Positions 8,842-19,322 of a DNA stretch of 64,000 nt are shown here, in pieces. Positions within the stretch are counted from its first letter, which is position 1; each line of letters starts with the position of its first letter. The notes below the pieces were generated by a model, which saw only the letters and a program-made list of their open reading frames with translations, had not been told where the DNA came from and searched no databases. A program made the translations under genes and the position numbers. Source of the DNA: Spirochaetota bacterium (GTDB lineage: Bacteria > Spirochaetota > UBA4802 > UBA5550); NCBI GenBank assembly GCA_963664815.2, contig CAXXHB010000002.1, positions 64,001 through 128,000 of the forward strand, in the 5' to 3' direction.

Positions 8842-11076
8842 TTGAAATTAAGTAACGGCACAATAATAATATTTATAAAATCAGTAACCCCGGATACAGG
8901 TATAAATTTGAAATCATTACTAATATTTAATTATGTAATTACAGTATTTACATCAATATATTTTATAGTTATTCATTTATTTAAAAAGAAAAAAACCGGT
9001 TTAAATATTTTTTTTATACTTATGATATTCTTTCTTCTTGCAGAGTTTTCATTAATAGCAGCTGTACATATTCATCCGGCTCTGTCAGATGCTTTTTTTA
9101 TTCCGGGACTTATTCTGTTTTTTCCGGCAGCAGCATCTATTACTCTTCTTTCAGTATTCATTCTTTTCCCTGCTGAGACTATATCAAGGTTCACTGTTAT
9201 TATTGGTCTTCTCCTGCTTTGCATTATCTTCAATTTTATTTCAATTTTTTTTACACATTATGCTTTTATAACAATCAGTCAATCTTTTGAAATCAACAGA
9301 AATTTGAAATCCCTGATTCAATCTGGTATAGTGCTTTTTTTAATGATAGCCGCACCAGCTCCTCTTTTTTTAAATACGCGGATCGCTCCTTTCAGAAGAA
9401 TTAAAATCTCTGTTGTTTACTACGTTTCAGGTCTATTTATGTCATATATAATTTTATTATCTATATATTTTGCAGGTATATATTATTACCATATACCTGC
9501 TCTCGGAAATCCTTTTATACCTCTGCCATTAATACTGATGATGATTATTACAAATCACCTGATATATGATATAAAAAAGACAGACTTTTTAAAATTATAT
9601 AAAATCCTTTTCATTTATCTTCTGGCATTTTCAATTTTCTTCATACCTGTATATTTTTTCCTTAAATATTATTCCACATTTTCACAATTAAAATATAACA
9701 GTATTTATATAAAATCCGGTGTGATTTTTATTTATCTTTCAATTTCCTACCGATTAATAAATCCATATATTGAAAAAATCAGATCAAATAAATTTCAAAC
9801 TCTTTTACATGAAATTAACAAAACTCTGATGCCTGTTGATGAAATGAAAAAAATTTCGGATATGGATAATTTCTGGAAATACATAACAAATGACAATTTT
9901 CAAAATCTTAAAACTACTTTAGGTATTCAGTCGGCATATTTTATGCTGATTAACAGGTCAGATAACACATACCAGTTCACCTACGGCTATGGTCCGGAGC
10001 TGAACTTTCAATCAATAGATATAAAAAGCGAAATAGCTGATTTTTTTACATCGCACACCGGTATTTTTGAAATATCTTTTCTCATCGCTGAGAATTCAAT
10101 TAAGTCTGTAAATAAGGAAGTTCTTAAATTTTTTAAAGATTACAGAATTGAATTATCAATGGTCTTTAAAAACATGTCCGAACATATCATAGGTTTTCTG
10201 CTTCTTGGAGAACTTGAGGGTAAAAAATCTTATTCATCAGATCATCTTGCAGCTCTTGAAATTTTCAGAATCAAAATTCAGAATCTTCTTATCACAGATA
10301 TGATAATTGATGAAGTTACGTCCGAGCAGGTTGCCGAGCATGATAAAATTGTTGTATCTACTGTTAAAAACAGGATCATACCTTCAGAACTTGCTTCAAT
10401 TCCCGGTATAAGAATAAGTTCACTGAATATGGACAACTCTTCATATGGCGGAGACTATTTTGATTCGGTAAAAATATCCAGTGATAAAACCATTATATTC
10501 ATAGCTGAAACATCCTACTCCGGGATAGACTCTGCACTGATAGGAATGGAGTTATTCTCCATCCTTCACTCGAGAACTCTCATATTCAACTCACCTGAAA
10601 AAATTCTGAATACAATGAACCAGGTAATCAAAACATCGAGACTGACTAACAGCTTTGCCCGCTGCTCCTGTGTAATTGTTTCATCCGATGGAAATTTTTC
10701 TTACGCAAATGCTTCCCACAATCAACTTCTGATTTTTGACCCTGAAAGCAACAGCTTTACAGAAATAGAAACTGAAAATATCCCGCTTGGGATAGAGATG
10801 GAGCACAGGTACTCTTTCACAACCGGCAGACTCAAGGAACGTGCAATGGGGATCCTGTATTCAGATGGTTTATTTTCTTCATGTAATGATCAGGGAGAGA
10901 CTTTCCCATCTGACCTGTTAAGGGATACAATAATAAAATTTTCACGCGAAACACCATCTGTAATTACCCGTGAACTATATACGACTTATAAATCATTTAT
11001 AGGCACAAAAGAACAGCTCAGTGATGTGACTGTTGTTTTATTTAAAAGGATGCCATTTGAAAATGATCAGCACTGA
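8842..11076 (+). CDS. Multi-pass membrane sensor with GAF-like and C-terminal PP2C/SpoIIE (RsbU-type) domain
   Basis: About 9 TM segments; GGDYFD, YANASH, PLGI, LYSDGL, SDVTVV motifs. Confidence 0.75.
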   Translation: MKLSNGTIIIFIKSVTPDTGINLKSLLIFNYVITVFTSIYFIVIHLFKKKKTGLNIFFILMIFFLLAEFSLIAAVHIHPALSDAFFIPGLILFFPAAASITLLSVFILFPAETISRFTVIIGLLLLCIIFNFISIFFTHYAFITISQSFEINRNLKSLIQSGIVLFLMIAAPAPLFLNTRIAPFRRIKISVVYYVSGLFMSYIILLSIYFAGIYYYHIPALGNPFIPLPLILMMIITNHLIYDIKKTDFLKLYKILFIYLLAFSIFFIPVYFFLKYYSTFSQLKYNSIYIKSGVIFIYLSISYRLINPYIEKIRSNKFQTLLHEINKTLMPVDEMKKISDMDNFWKYITNDNFQNLKTTLGIQSAYFMLINRSDNTYQFTYGYGPELNFQSIDIKSEIADFFTSHTGIFEISFLIAENSIKSVNKEVLKFFKDYRIELSMVFKNMSEHIIGFLLLGELEGKKSYSSDHLAALEIFRIKIQNLLITDMIIDEVTSEQVAEHDKIVVSTVKNRIIPSELASIPGIRISSLNMDNSSYGGDYFDSVKISSDKTIIFIAETSYSGIDSALIGMELFSILHSRTLIFNSPEKILNTMNQVIKTSRLTNSFARCSCVIVSSDGNFSYANASHNQLLIFDPESNSFTEIETENIPLGIEMEHRYSFTTGRLKERAMGILYSDGLFSSCNDQGETFPSDLLRDTIIKFSRETPSVITRELYTTYKSFIGTKEQLSDVTVVLFKRMPFENDQH

Positions 11077-12145
11077 CTCTTTTCTGCAGGCTATAAAAAA
11101 GTACAAAAATATCATGATAATAATTTTAGGATCGCCGGATCCTGATGCTCTTGCTTCAGCATATGCTTTAAAAATTATTCTCTCTTCTGAATCAGTAAAT
11201 TCTGATATCATTATCACAAAAAAAATATCCCTTTCACAAAATAAAGCTTTTGTCAGATTTCTTGACATTCCGCTTCTTTATCAAAGAAATCTTAACCCGC
11301 ACAAATATGATGCGTATATTGTTCCCGATTTTCAGTCTAATATTGTAGATGGTATTACTGGCCACATACCGTGTGCAGCTCATATTGATCATCATACAAA
11401 AACTGACAACAAGGTAATATCCGACTTTTCGCTTGTCAAAACAGATGCCGGCTCCACCAGTTCATTGATTGCTCTTATGCTGAAAGATATAGCTCAACAT
11501 ATTGACAAAAAAAATCTTGTATCAGCATCAACAGCCCTGATATTCGGCATACAGACTGATACCGATAAATATGAACATGCAATGCCTGTTGACATTGAAG
11601 CTTTAAATTATCTTTCCGAGTATTCCGATAAAAAAATAATAAACAGGATAAATGGTATTCCTATTTCACCGGTAACAATGAGATATTATAAAAAAGCCTC
11701 CGGCAACCGGCATGTATACAAAGACTGGAGAATTTACGGGATAGGTTATATTGACATCGAACATCGGGATTCTATCGCAATTACCGCCGACCTTCTTTTG
11801 AAAGACCCTGAAAATAAAACTGTTATAGTCTATGCTCTTGTTGAGGATAAAGAGAAGAATGATCTTTTCCTTGATGTTTCATTCAGGTCACGGTCTGATA
11901 ATCTGGACATTAATGGTTTAATTAAAAGCATAACACCAACCGGCGGCGGGAGACAATTTAAGGGCGCTTATCAGATTAAGCTTGATTATTTTAATATATG
12001 TCCCGACAGGGAATTATTATGGAAGACCGTTGAAATAGCTACAATCGAAAAGTTAAAGAAATCCAGAGATGGAATATATATAAAGAAAATTGGCTCCGTA
12101 TCTTCATCCATGTTAAAAAGGGCTGCTTCGTTTTTCAGAAAATAA
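11063..12145 (+). CDS. DHH-family phosphoesterase (NrnA-like)
   Basis: PDPDALASA, IDHH, GIQTDT, GGGR motifs; ATG 11063 overlaps the end of the upstream gene. Confidence 0.85.
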   Translation: MISTDSFLQAIKKYKNIMIIILGSPDPDALASAYALKIILSSESVNSDIIITKKISLSQNKAFVRFLDIPLLYQRNLNPHKYDAYIVPDFQSNIVDGITGHIPCAAHIDHHTKTDNKVISDFSLVKTDAGSTSSLIALMLKDIAQHIDKKNLVSASTALIFGIQTDTDKYEHAMPVDIEALNYLSEYSDKKIINRINGIPISPVTMRYYKKASGNRHVYKDWRIYGIGYIDIEHRDSIAITADLLLKDPENKTVIVYALVEDKEKNDLFLDVSFRSRSDNLDINGLIKSITPTGGGRQFKGAYQIKLDYFNICPDRELLWKTVEIATIEKLKKSRDGIYIKKIGSVSSSMLKRAASFFRK

Positions 12146-15100
12146 ACGATATACTCGCTGATATATCATATGACTTTACTTCATTACTTACGCTGTTATC
12201 ATCTCTGTTCCTGTATTTTTCCAGCGCCATCGTCCCTGAAAAACCTCCCTGAATATTTTTATGCAGATCAAGCTTGAGTTTTGATGTCAGCATAAACAGA
12301 TCATACGGTTCCGGTGATACTGACACAAAATAATCATACCTGTTTATTTCCATTCTATACTCTATTGAAAAAATCGGGTTACCGGTCAGCTTATAAAAAT
12401 TTGAAAAGAAATTATAAAGCCATAACACATCCGTTTCATATAAGGTTGAAAACTTATTTCCGTAATCCTGCTCTTTAAACTCCTTATTGCCTTCCATATT
12501 CTCCAGGTAGATATAATCAGAATCCCCTTCAACAAGATCTGTACTGATATAATCATAGTTATTCTTCTTCCTGTAATTAAATTCATACTTAAAACCAAGG
12601 CTGCTTCTGTCCCACTTTAATACAAAACCAAATTGAGGACTTACTACTTTCTCATTGATATTGGAGGTTATAAGCATATTATCCGTGAAGTTTAAACCGA
12701 GGCTAAGTGTTGATGAATGATAAAACAGGTTATCACCATGGTTTTTGAAAAACCCAAAATTAAAAATCTTCATCAGGTCAAATTCAAAATTTATTCCGGA
12801 ATCTGCAATGATTACCTGATTTGGAATTCCATAAATATTGCTTCTTTCACAAACCTGGCTGAGACTCCCTGATACAGAAAAAGTAAATGAATCTAGATCT
12901 ACAGAAAGATCTGTTGTAAATTTATCTGTAAGTTTCAGGGAATTACCATATTCATTAGAACTGCAGATATCTTTAATCCCGTGATAATCATTGAACGTCC
13001 CATAGACTATTTCGCGTCCCCCTGCGGCATTACCTCTGCCTTTGAAATAAATCCCCGGATAATTGCCGATTAAATTATATACCAGTGGGGATATGCCTGA
13101 CAGGACATTTGAGATACCGAATTCTTCATTAAACATATCGGTACCTTCACCTTCATAAGGGACATCTGTTTCTGTAAAATATACTGAACGATTGTAATTA
13201 AACTGGAGATGTTTTATTTTTTTAAACAACTCTGTCCTGTTCAGAATTACCGGAATTTTAATTCCGGTGTTAATACTGGATATGCTGTTTTTTGACCGGT
13301 TATATCCTTCTCCAACAGCATGATCATCTTCGTAGTCTTTAAAGCCATTTTCTTTATAATCAAAATTCATTGAATATTCCGGGATACAGTATTCAATAAA
13401 TTTTAATCCTAACACAACTCCTGCTCCATTATTTCTTTCAAGGAATTTTAAACTGTTACTATGTGTAAAGGGCAGATGATATCCTCCGATTAATGTACCG
13501 CTGACTCCTGTTTTATCATAGCTGTCATACCCTTCAATATCCACGATCTCTTTTGATGATGTATCCATGGCTGGACGGATAAAAAACAGACCGTTTGAAT
13601 AATCCATTTCAACTTTCGTTTTAGATTCCTGCCGTTTTTCCTGTTCTTTCAGCGCAACTGATGCTGAAAGAACTGTATCGTCTGCCAAAACAGAATCTCT
13701 GTTTATTTTATTATGTGTAAAAACCATATCCAGCATCATCTTAAAAGACATCTTTCCATATAGAAAATCCGCTATCTCCTGCTGATAGCTTAGAACAGGT
13801 GTATGGACAACTTTTTCTGTTTCCTGATTATACTTATTTCCGTCAGTTTCCGCTTTTATCAGATTGTCATTCTTATCCATTGTATAAGCAAACGTAATTG
13901 TAGGAATATTTTTGCCTGTTGAGTTGTATGCCGTATTAAAAGTAAACAAATCGCGCCTGGCATCCCCTTTTTTCGTATCAACTACTTCCTCATTCAGGCT
14001 ATCTGTGCTGCTTTTTTCATTGGTATAGCTGAGACTGGCATTCCAGTTGGGAAGTATTCTGGCAGATGTGCTGACCTCATGGTAATTTTCTTTTATGTCA
14101 GATGTGGTTTTATTCACCGAACTGAACTGAGAAGAGTGTCCTTTGAAAATATATTTGATATTCATATCGGACAGAACAGGAACTCCCGATGCAGTTTTAA
14201 AAAGAGGTTTCATGGTTTTAAGTTCAAACTCGTACCAGTGCGCACTTCCTGAAAGCTTTTCCGGTTCTGAGACATAAATTTCATTCAGCCATATGCTTCC
14301 TGTAGTATTTGAACCGTATATCACCGCTTTAATATATTTTATCCTCTTCAGGTCAGGGCTCCCTGTCACCTTGTACTTCTCAATGCTTCCGCCCGAGTTG
14401 TCCGAAAGTTTCAGCATAATCTCTCTCCACAGCAGGGTATAATCCGGCGTATACCTGTACTCAATATAATCGGAGTCCGAAGATCCTAAAATAAACCCTA
14501 TTACATTTGCAGCATTGATGCTTCTTGCATTAAACCATATATTCATGGTTTTATAAAACCTTATATCTATTTCCTTGGAGAATTTTCTCTTTATCGATAC
14601 ATTGCTGTTTGAGGCCGGAATATTGTAATCTATCTGAAGGGCCGTTTCACTTTCACTGTCTATATCGTCTGTACTGCTGCTTCCATATAATGATTCATAT
14701 GTTCCCTTCTGTCTGATTAAAAAAGAATCCGCCCTGTAGTCACTGTCATTAATGGAGTTAACCATTGTAATTTTTATTCTGTCAGAATTATCAATTGCAC
14801 TGCCGTCAAGCTCTGGGTTTTTCCATTTTGAACTTACTACTCTAAGGGAATCTATTGAAACTCTTCCGGTTGTTCCGCTGTTTTTTTTCAGATAAAGTCT
14901 TATACTGTTTGTCTCCTGCAGAGTCAGCACCTGAGCCTGTGTCAGAGTACTCATATAAACTCTTATTTTCTGCCATGCTCCGCCGTTAGGTGTAAGAGTT
15001 GCTGATCCGGTAGTGGAACCAAGCTTGACAGTATATACATTATCTGTAGTATCAAGAACTCCGTTCCCGTTAAGATCCTCGCTGGTCAGAATTCCATCCC

Positions 15101-17855
15101 CCAGCGTTGAATTGCTCAATCCTGCGCCGGAACCCACTTTTGTGGCAGTACCCCCTGTCGGATTAAAAGTAAAACCTCTGTCCTCTGAATAACCGCTTGA
15201 AGGTGTCGAATCAATGTATCCGTTTTTGTTCACATCTTCAGTATCAAGAACACCATCTCCATCTGAATCCTCATTAATAGAACCCAAATCCATATAAAAA
15301 TCCACAGAATCACCCGATCCGGCCTCATACTTTACCCATACTTCAATATACTGAATCCCTGAGAGATCAACTGCCGAATCAGATAATTTCCTTGTTACCG
15401 CAGTTACTACGTTGCCCGTTGAAAAGTTGAAATCAAAAACAAGCGACTTTTGCTGATCCTGGCTTGTTATACTGTCAGCTATATGCCCCATAGCAATATT
15501 AAACGGTCCAGGTTTTACAGAATAGCTTACACTGTAAGGCGTAAAGCCTGTGCCCTTCAGCGTATCCGGCGATTCAGGATTTCTGTAAAGATAGTAATTC
15601 AGCAATCCCCTGTCAGTCTGTGTAGTTGTCAGAGACGGGGGCATTGATGACAAAATCCAGTCTCTCTCCGTAAGCGAGATTGAAACTATCTCATCAGAGG
15701 TCTCCATGTTATCAATAAGCGCCTTCCCGAATGTATTTACATCCCTGTAACTTTTTGCGTATTCAGCGTATGCTGAAAATTCGACCGGGATACTATTCCT
15801 TTTCCTCTTCGCAAAAAGATTATAAAAATCCGCCATTTTATTTTGTGATAATTTTAATGATGCATCACCTTCAAACATAAGTGTCTGTTCACTTTCCTTA
15901 CCTATATCAGGGACAACTTTTGTGCTCCCGTCTTTAGAGAGAACAAGACTCCCCCCGATTCTGAGAATTTTATTTACGTCATAATCCGCACGTAAACCGC
16001 CGATAAATTTTTCTGATGTTGATCCGTAGGGGAGATATTCATATTTAATCTCTATTCTTGTTCCGGAACTTATTACAGGGTTATTGGGATCGGTGAAAGA
16101 TATATAGCCTGAATTATAATCAACGCTATAACGCGATTCGGAAATCGGCTTTTCATTAATCTTTACCATGACGCTTTTTTCGATTATATTACCATGTTTC
16201 AGTCTGAAGCTACGGGCCTCGGCGCTATATTCAGAAAGCATCCTGTACCTTGAATAAAGATATGCATCCGCTTTTTTCATTTCGCTGTATATTTTTGCAG
16301 GTCTGTCGGAGGAAATCAACGCCAGCAGCGATCTGAAAGGTTCACGAGTATAAAATAAAACATTGCCACCCGTCAGCTCCAGTTTGTATCTTCCAAGTTT
16401 CGTTTTTTCATTATCAGTCATAGCCTGATTCTCGTTATAAAAGTTTAAAGAGAAATCGGATGACAGTATCTGTCTTGCACCCAGATAGTAGACTGATCTT
16501 ATCTCATAGACATCAAGATTTACTTTCCCGTCATTGTTCTTATCAGTTTCCCCCGCATCCAGCGTAAGATTTTTTGTTACTGTATCTTCATCTATTGAAT
16601 AACCGTATTTTATAAAAACAAAGATTTTTCCTGTAAAAGAACCGCCCGGATGCTTTGACTCCTCCGGTGAAACTGCACATGGATCAAGCGTGCCTCCGTT
16701 CCGCTTATATACCGCGAAAATCCGTGAATTTTCCGGAATATCCGTCAAAAAATGTATAACGCCTGTTGCATAGTTGATGGAGTAGTCTGTTCCATTGACC
16801 ATCTTTGTGTAGTACCCTCCGTCAAGAGATAGCTGTATGGCATTGTTATTGTTATACTGGTTCTGATCATCTATATAGAGTTCAAATCCGGCAGGAAGGA
16901 TATTTACCGATTGTACAACATATGCTGATGGATCGGATAAAGAGGAGAGATCCGACGTTAAAGTAATAAGAGAGTATGCAGCACTGCCGGAAGGCATGGT
17001 TGTCACTCCATCGTATCTGATGAATGGTTCCAGCTGATAATAAGTTTTCCTTACATATTGATATTCGGCAATCTTGGTACTGCCAGGTGAAGAATTCCCT
17101 CTGAAATACTCTACAGTAGTTTCTCCTCGTGCCACGCTCCCGAATGCCTTTAATGATAAATCCCCTTTCCTTACTGTAAAATCAACTCCAAGGGCCTTCG
17201 CATCTGTACTGTCATAAACAGCGTATTTGGAATGATTAAATTTTACGTCTATCTCTCCTGCGTTAATTTCCCTGATTACCTCATCATCATTAATTGCCCG
17301 ATAATTCATCAGGTAATGATTTTGATCGTCTTGTCTTCTGCTGTCATGATCTATATATACGGTAATTCTGTCTCCTATTGTTCCATCCATATGGAGAAGA
17401 ATCGTCTGTTCAGGCATGAAACCGGAGTTTATCACTTTTGACTTCGGTTCATCTCCGGCATACTGCTTATACTTGCTGTCAGTAAAATATGACTTCCCAT
17501 AATTAAGATTAATTTTTACGGATCCTGTAGTATTGATGTTAACAACATCATCTGAATATACATTTCCCTCTCTAAGCTTCGGCATCCGTTCGTTATATTC
17601 AGGATCGGTTACATATTCAGACCATTCCCCCTTTTTAAAAAATATTTCACCGCTTTCACCGGAAGATTTTTCATCAGAAGGGGGAGAAACAACATCTGCA
17701 GTTTTTTTTTCAACAGCTTCATTATTACCGGAAGAATTATTAAATAATTGTATTAATTTTACCTTGAACCCGGAATTTTCCTGAGCCGCTGCAAAATATA
17801 AAACAGTGGTAGTTAATATAATGGAGGATATATAAATTGTAAATTTTCTAAACAT
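12135..17855 (-). CDS. Giant outer-membrane protein, SprA/Sov-like
   Basis: Signal peptide; DYSINYATG.I and YSVDYNSG.I repeats, ALIDNME, several DxDxDG/TEDxNxNG motifs; amphipathic C-terminal beta-strands ending in Phe (ASISFIF). Confidence 0.6.
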   Translation of the reverse strand: MFRKFTIYISSIILTTTVLYFAAAQENSGFKVKLIQLFNNSSGNNEAVEKKTADVVSPPSDEKSSGESGEIFFKKGEWSEYVTDPEYNERMPKLREGNVYSDDVVNINTTGSVKINLNYGKSYFTDSKYKQYAGDEPKSKVINSGFMPEQTILLHMDGTIGDRITVYIDHDSRRQDDQNHYLMNYRAINDDEVIREINAGEIDVKFNHSKYAVYDSTDAKALGVDFTVRKGDLSLKAFGSVARGETTVEYFRGNSSPGSTKIAEYQYVRKTYYQLEPFIRYDGVTTMPSGSAAYSLITLTSDLSSLSDPSAYVVQSVNILPAGFELYIDDQNQYNNNNAIQLSLDGGYYTKMVNGTDYSINYATGVIHFLTDIPENSRIFAVYKRNGGTLDPCAVSPEESKHPGGSFTGKIFVFIKYGYSIDEDTVTKNLTLDAGETDKNNDGKVNLDVYEIRSVYYLGARQILSSDFSLNFYNENQAMTDNEKTKLGRYKLELTGGNVLFYTREPFRSLLALISSDRPAKIYSEMKKADAYLYSRYRMLSEYSAEARSFRLKHGNIIEKSVMVKINEKPISESRYSVDYNSGYISFTDPNNPVISSGTRIEIKYEYLPYGSTSEKFIGGLRADYDVNKILRIGGSLVLSKDGSTKVVPDIGKESEQTLMFEGDASLKLSQNKMADFYNLFAKRKRNSIPVEFSAYAEYAKSYRDVNTFGKALIDNMETSDEIVSISLTERDWILSSMPPSLTTTQTDRGLLNYYLYRNPESPDTLKGTGFTPYSVSYSVKPGPFNIAMGHIADSITSQDQQKSLVFDFNFSTGNVVTAVTRKLSDSAVDLSGIQYIEVWVKYEAGSGDSVDFYMDLGSINEDSDGDGVLDTEDVNKNGYIDSTPSSGYSEDRGFTFNPTGGTATKVGSGAGLSNSTLGDGILTSEDLNGNGVLDTTDNVYTVKLGSTTGSATLTPNGGAWQKIRVYMSTLTQAQVLTLQETNSIRLYLKKNSGTTGRVSIDSLRVVSSKWKNPELDGSAIDNSDRIKITMVNSINDSDYRADSFLIRQKGTYESLYGSSSTDDIDSESETALQIDYNIPASNSNVSIKRKFSKEIDIRFYKTMNIWFNARSINAANVIGFILGSSDSDYIEYRYTPDYTLLWREIMLKLSDNSGGSIEKYKVTGSPDLKRIKYIKAVIYGSNTTGSIWLNEIYVSEPEKLSGSAHWYEFELKTMKPLFKTASGVPVLSDMNIKYIFKGHSSQFSSVNKTTSDIKENYHEVSTSARILPNWNASLSYTNEKSSTDSLNEEVVDTKKGDARRDLFTFNTAYNSTGKNIPTITFAYTMDKNDNLIKAETDGNKYNQETEKVVHTPVLSYQQEIADFLYGKMSFKMMLDMVFTHNKINRDSVLADDTVLSASVALKEQEKRQESKTKVEMDYSNGLFFIRPAMDTSSKEIVDIEGYDSYDKTGVSGTLIGGYHLPFTHSNSLKFLERNNGAGVVLGLKFIEYCIPEYSMNFDYKENGFKDYEDDHAVGEGYNRSKNSISSINTGIKIPVILNRTELFKKIKHLQFNYNRSVYFTETDVPYEGEGTDMFNEEFGISNVLSGISPLVYNLIGNYPGIYFKGRGNAAGGREIVYGTFNDYHGIKDICSSNEYGNSLKLTDKFTTDLSVDLDSFTFSVSGSLSQVCERSNIYGIPNQVIIADSGINFEFDLMKIFNFGFFKNHGDNLFYHSSTLSLGLNFTDNMLITSNINEKVVSPQFGFVLKWDRSSLGFKYEFNYRKKNNYDYISTDLVEGDSDYIYLENMEGNKEFKEQDYGNKFSTLYETDVLWLYNFFSNFYKLTGNPIFSIEYRMEINRYDYFVSVSPEPYDLFMLTSKLKLDLHKNIQGGFSGTMALEKYRNRDDNSVSNEVKSYDISASISFIF

Positions 17856-17929
17856 TCAACTGCTGTTCGGTAGTTTTATTATTAAACAGCTGTTTATACC
17901 ATAGTCCTTAAACGAGGGCAATTAAATTA

Positions 17930-18925
17930 TTACCACATTCTGCTCATATACGGATACGGATTTATAGGAATATCACCTAGCCTGATTTCGTAGTGGCAGT
18001 GATTACCTGTAGCATTTCCGGTCATACCGACAAAGCCTATTCTGTCACCTTTATTTACTTTTGCTCCTTTGCCAACAGCTACAGAACTCATATGCCCGTA
18101 AATAGTCTCATAACCAAATTTATGCTGAACTCTGACTGCTTTTCCATATCCCCCCATAAATCCTGACGATAATACAACACCTGGAGCGGTTGCTCTTATT
18201 ACAGTTCCGGCTGAAGCGGCAATATCTATACCAGTATGAAAATCCCTCCCATGCCCGAAAGGGGATCTTCTCCATCCAAAGAGCGAGGAGATGTGACCTG
18301 GATTTGGAATAATTGACGGCATATCCTGAATTACCTTGCTTCGCACATCAATAAAATTCTTGATAGTTTTGATAGTACTCGTTGTACTCATCAAATCCTT
18401 CTGAACCTCTTTCATTGCAAAAACTTCATCAGGGACTATCCTTTTATTTTTAAGAAGACCTTCCATTACTTCATGATCAAAATCCTTGTATGCCCAGATA
18501 TCCCCAATTTCGTCCGTACCTGCTGCGAGCTGATATAAATCCTCTATTTCCGGCTTAAGATCATCCATTATATCTGTAATCTCATTCGTGAGCTGCTCAT
18601 ATTTTATCAGGTCAGTCCTTATATCGTTATAGGAAAGAAGAAGTTTTCTCTCCTCACTTTTAATATTTCTGTTTTTAATAACAGCATATGAAGATGTCAC
18701 AATGATAAAAATAAAAAGGCTCAGAAAAAAGACCATAATAAACTTTGATATCTGGAAGTTGAAAATCTTCTTTTCATTGTGAGGTATAAACATAACGGTC
18801 ATTTTTTCATGACCCTTTTCAACGAATTTTTTCCAGACCTTCTCCCATCTTTTCTTCAGAATGAAATAATTCTCATAAAATTTTCGCGACAGTTTATTGT
18901 GAAAATGTCTTATTCTAAATCTCAT
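17930..18925 (-). CDS. M23 family metallopeptidase with TM anchor and coiled coil
   Basis: HTGIDIA, YGHMS, TGNATGNHCHYEIR motifs. Confidence 0.9.
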   Translation of the reverse strand: MRFRIRHFHNKLSRKFYENYFILKKRWEKVWKKFVEKGHEKMTVMFIPHNEKKIFNFQISKFIMVFFLSLFIFIIVTSSYAVIKNRNIKSEERKLLLSYNDIRTDLIKYEQLTNEITDIMDDLKPEIEDLYQLAAGTDEIGDIWAYKDFDHEVMEGLLKNKRIVPDEVFAMKEVQKDLMSTTSTIKTIKNFIDVRSKVIQDMPSIIPNPGHISSLFGWRRSPFGHGRDFHTGIDIAASAGTVIRATAPGVVLSSGFMGGYGKAVRVQHKFGYETIYGHMSSVAVGKGAKVNKGDRIGFVGMTGNATGNHCHYEIRLGDIPINPYPYMSRMW

Positions 18926-19322
18926 TTTATCTTTTTTTAACCTTATAATCTACTTTTATCTGTTATCTCTGTAAAACCTGTTTCAGCGATAAGAACTTCT
19001 TGTAATTACATAATACACTTTAAACTTCAGCAACTTAATAAATTACAAACTCATTATAGTATTATTACAAAAATTACTGATCAGGTTATCAATTCCGGAA
19101 CAGACCCACTCTTTTATACATTTTACGTCTTATATCTATATTTAGCAACAATTTTTCTTTTCAAAACAGACAAGTATTACCAACAGAATACAATAAGTGA
19201 AAACCGATATTCCCCTTCAGGCAGATTAGCGATGTACTTTTTATAATTTAAGAACCTGTCCTGTTGCACCGTCACCCTGGAAACGGTTTCTTTCAGAATG
19301 AAACGTTACCCCCAGGTTAATT

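Noticed and set aside
19276-19316. Imperfect hairpin after radA and a 400-bp intergenic gap
   Set aside because: Probably a weak terminator; no recognisable RNA motif or ORF.
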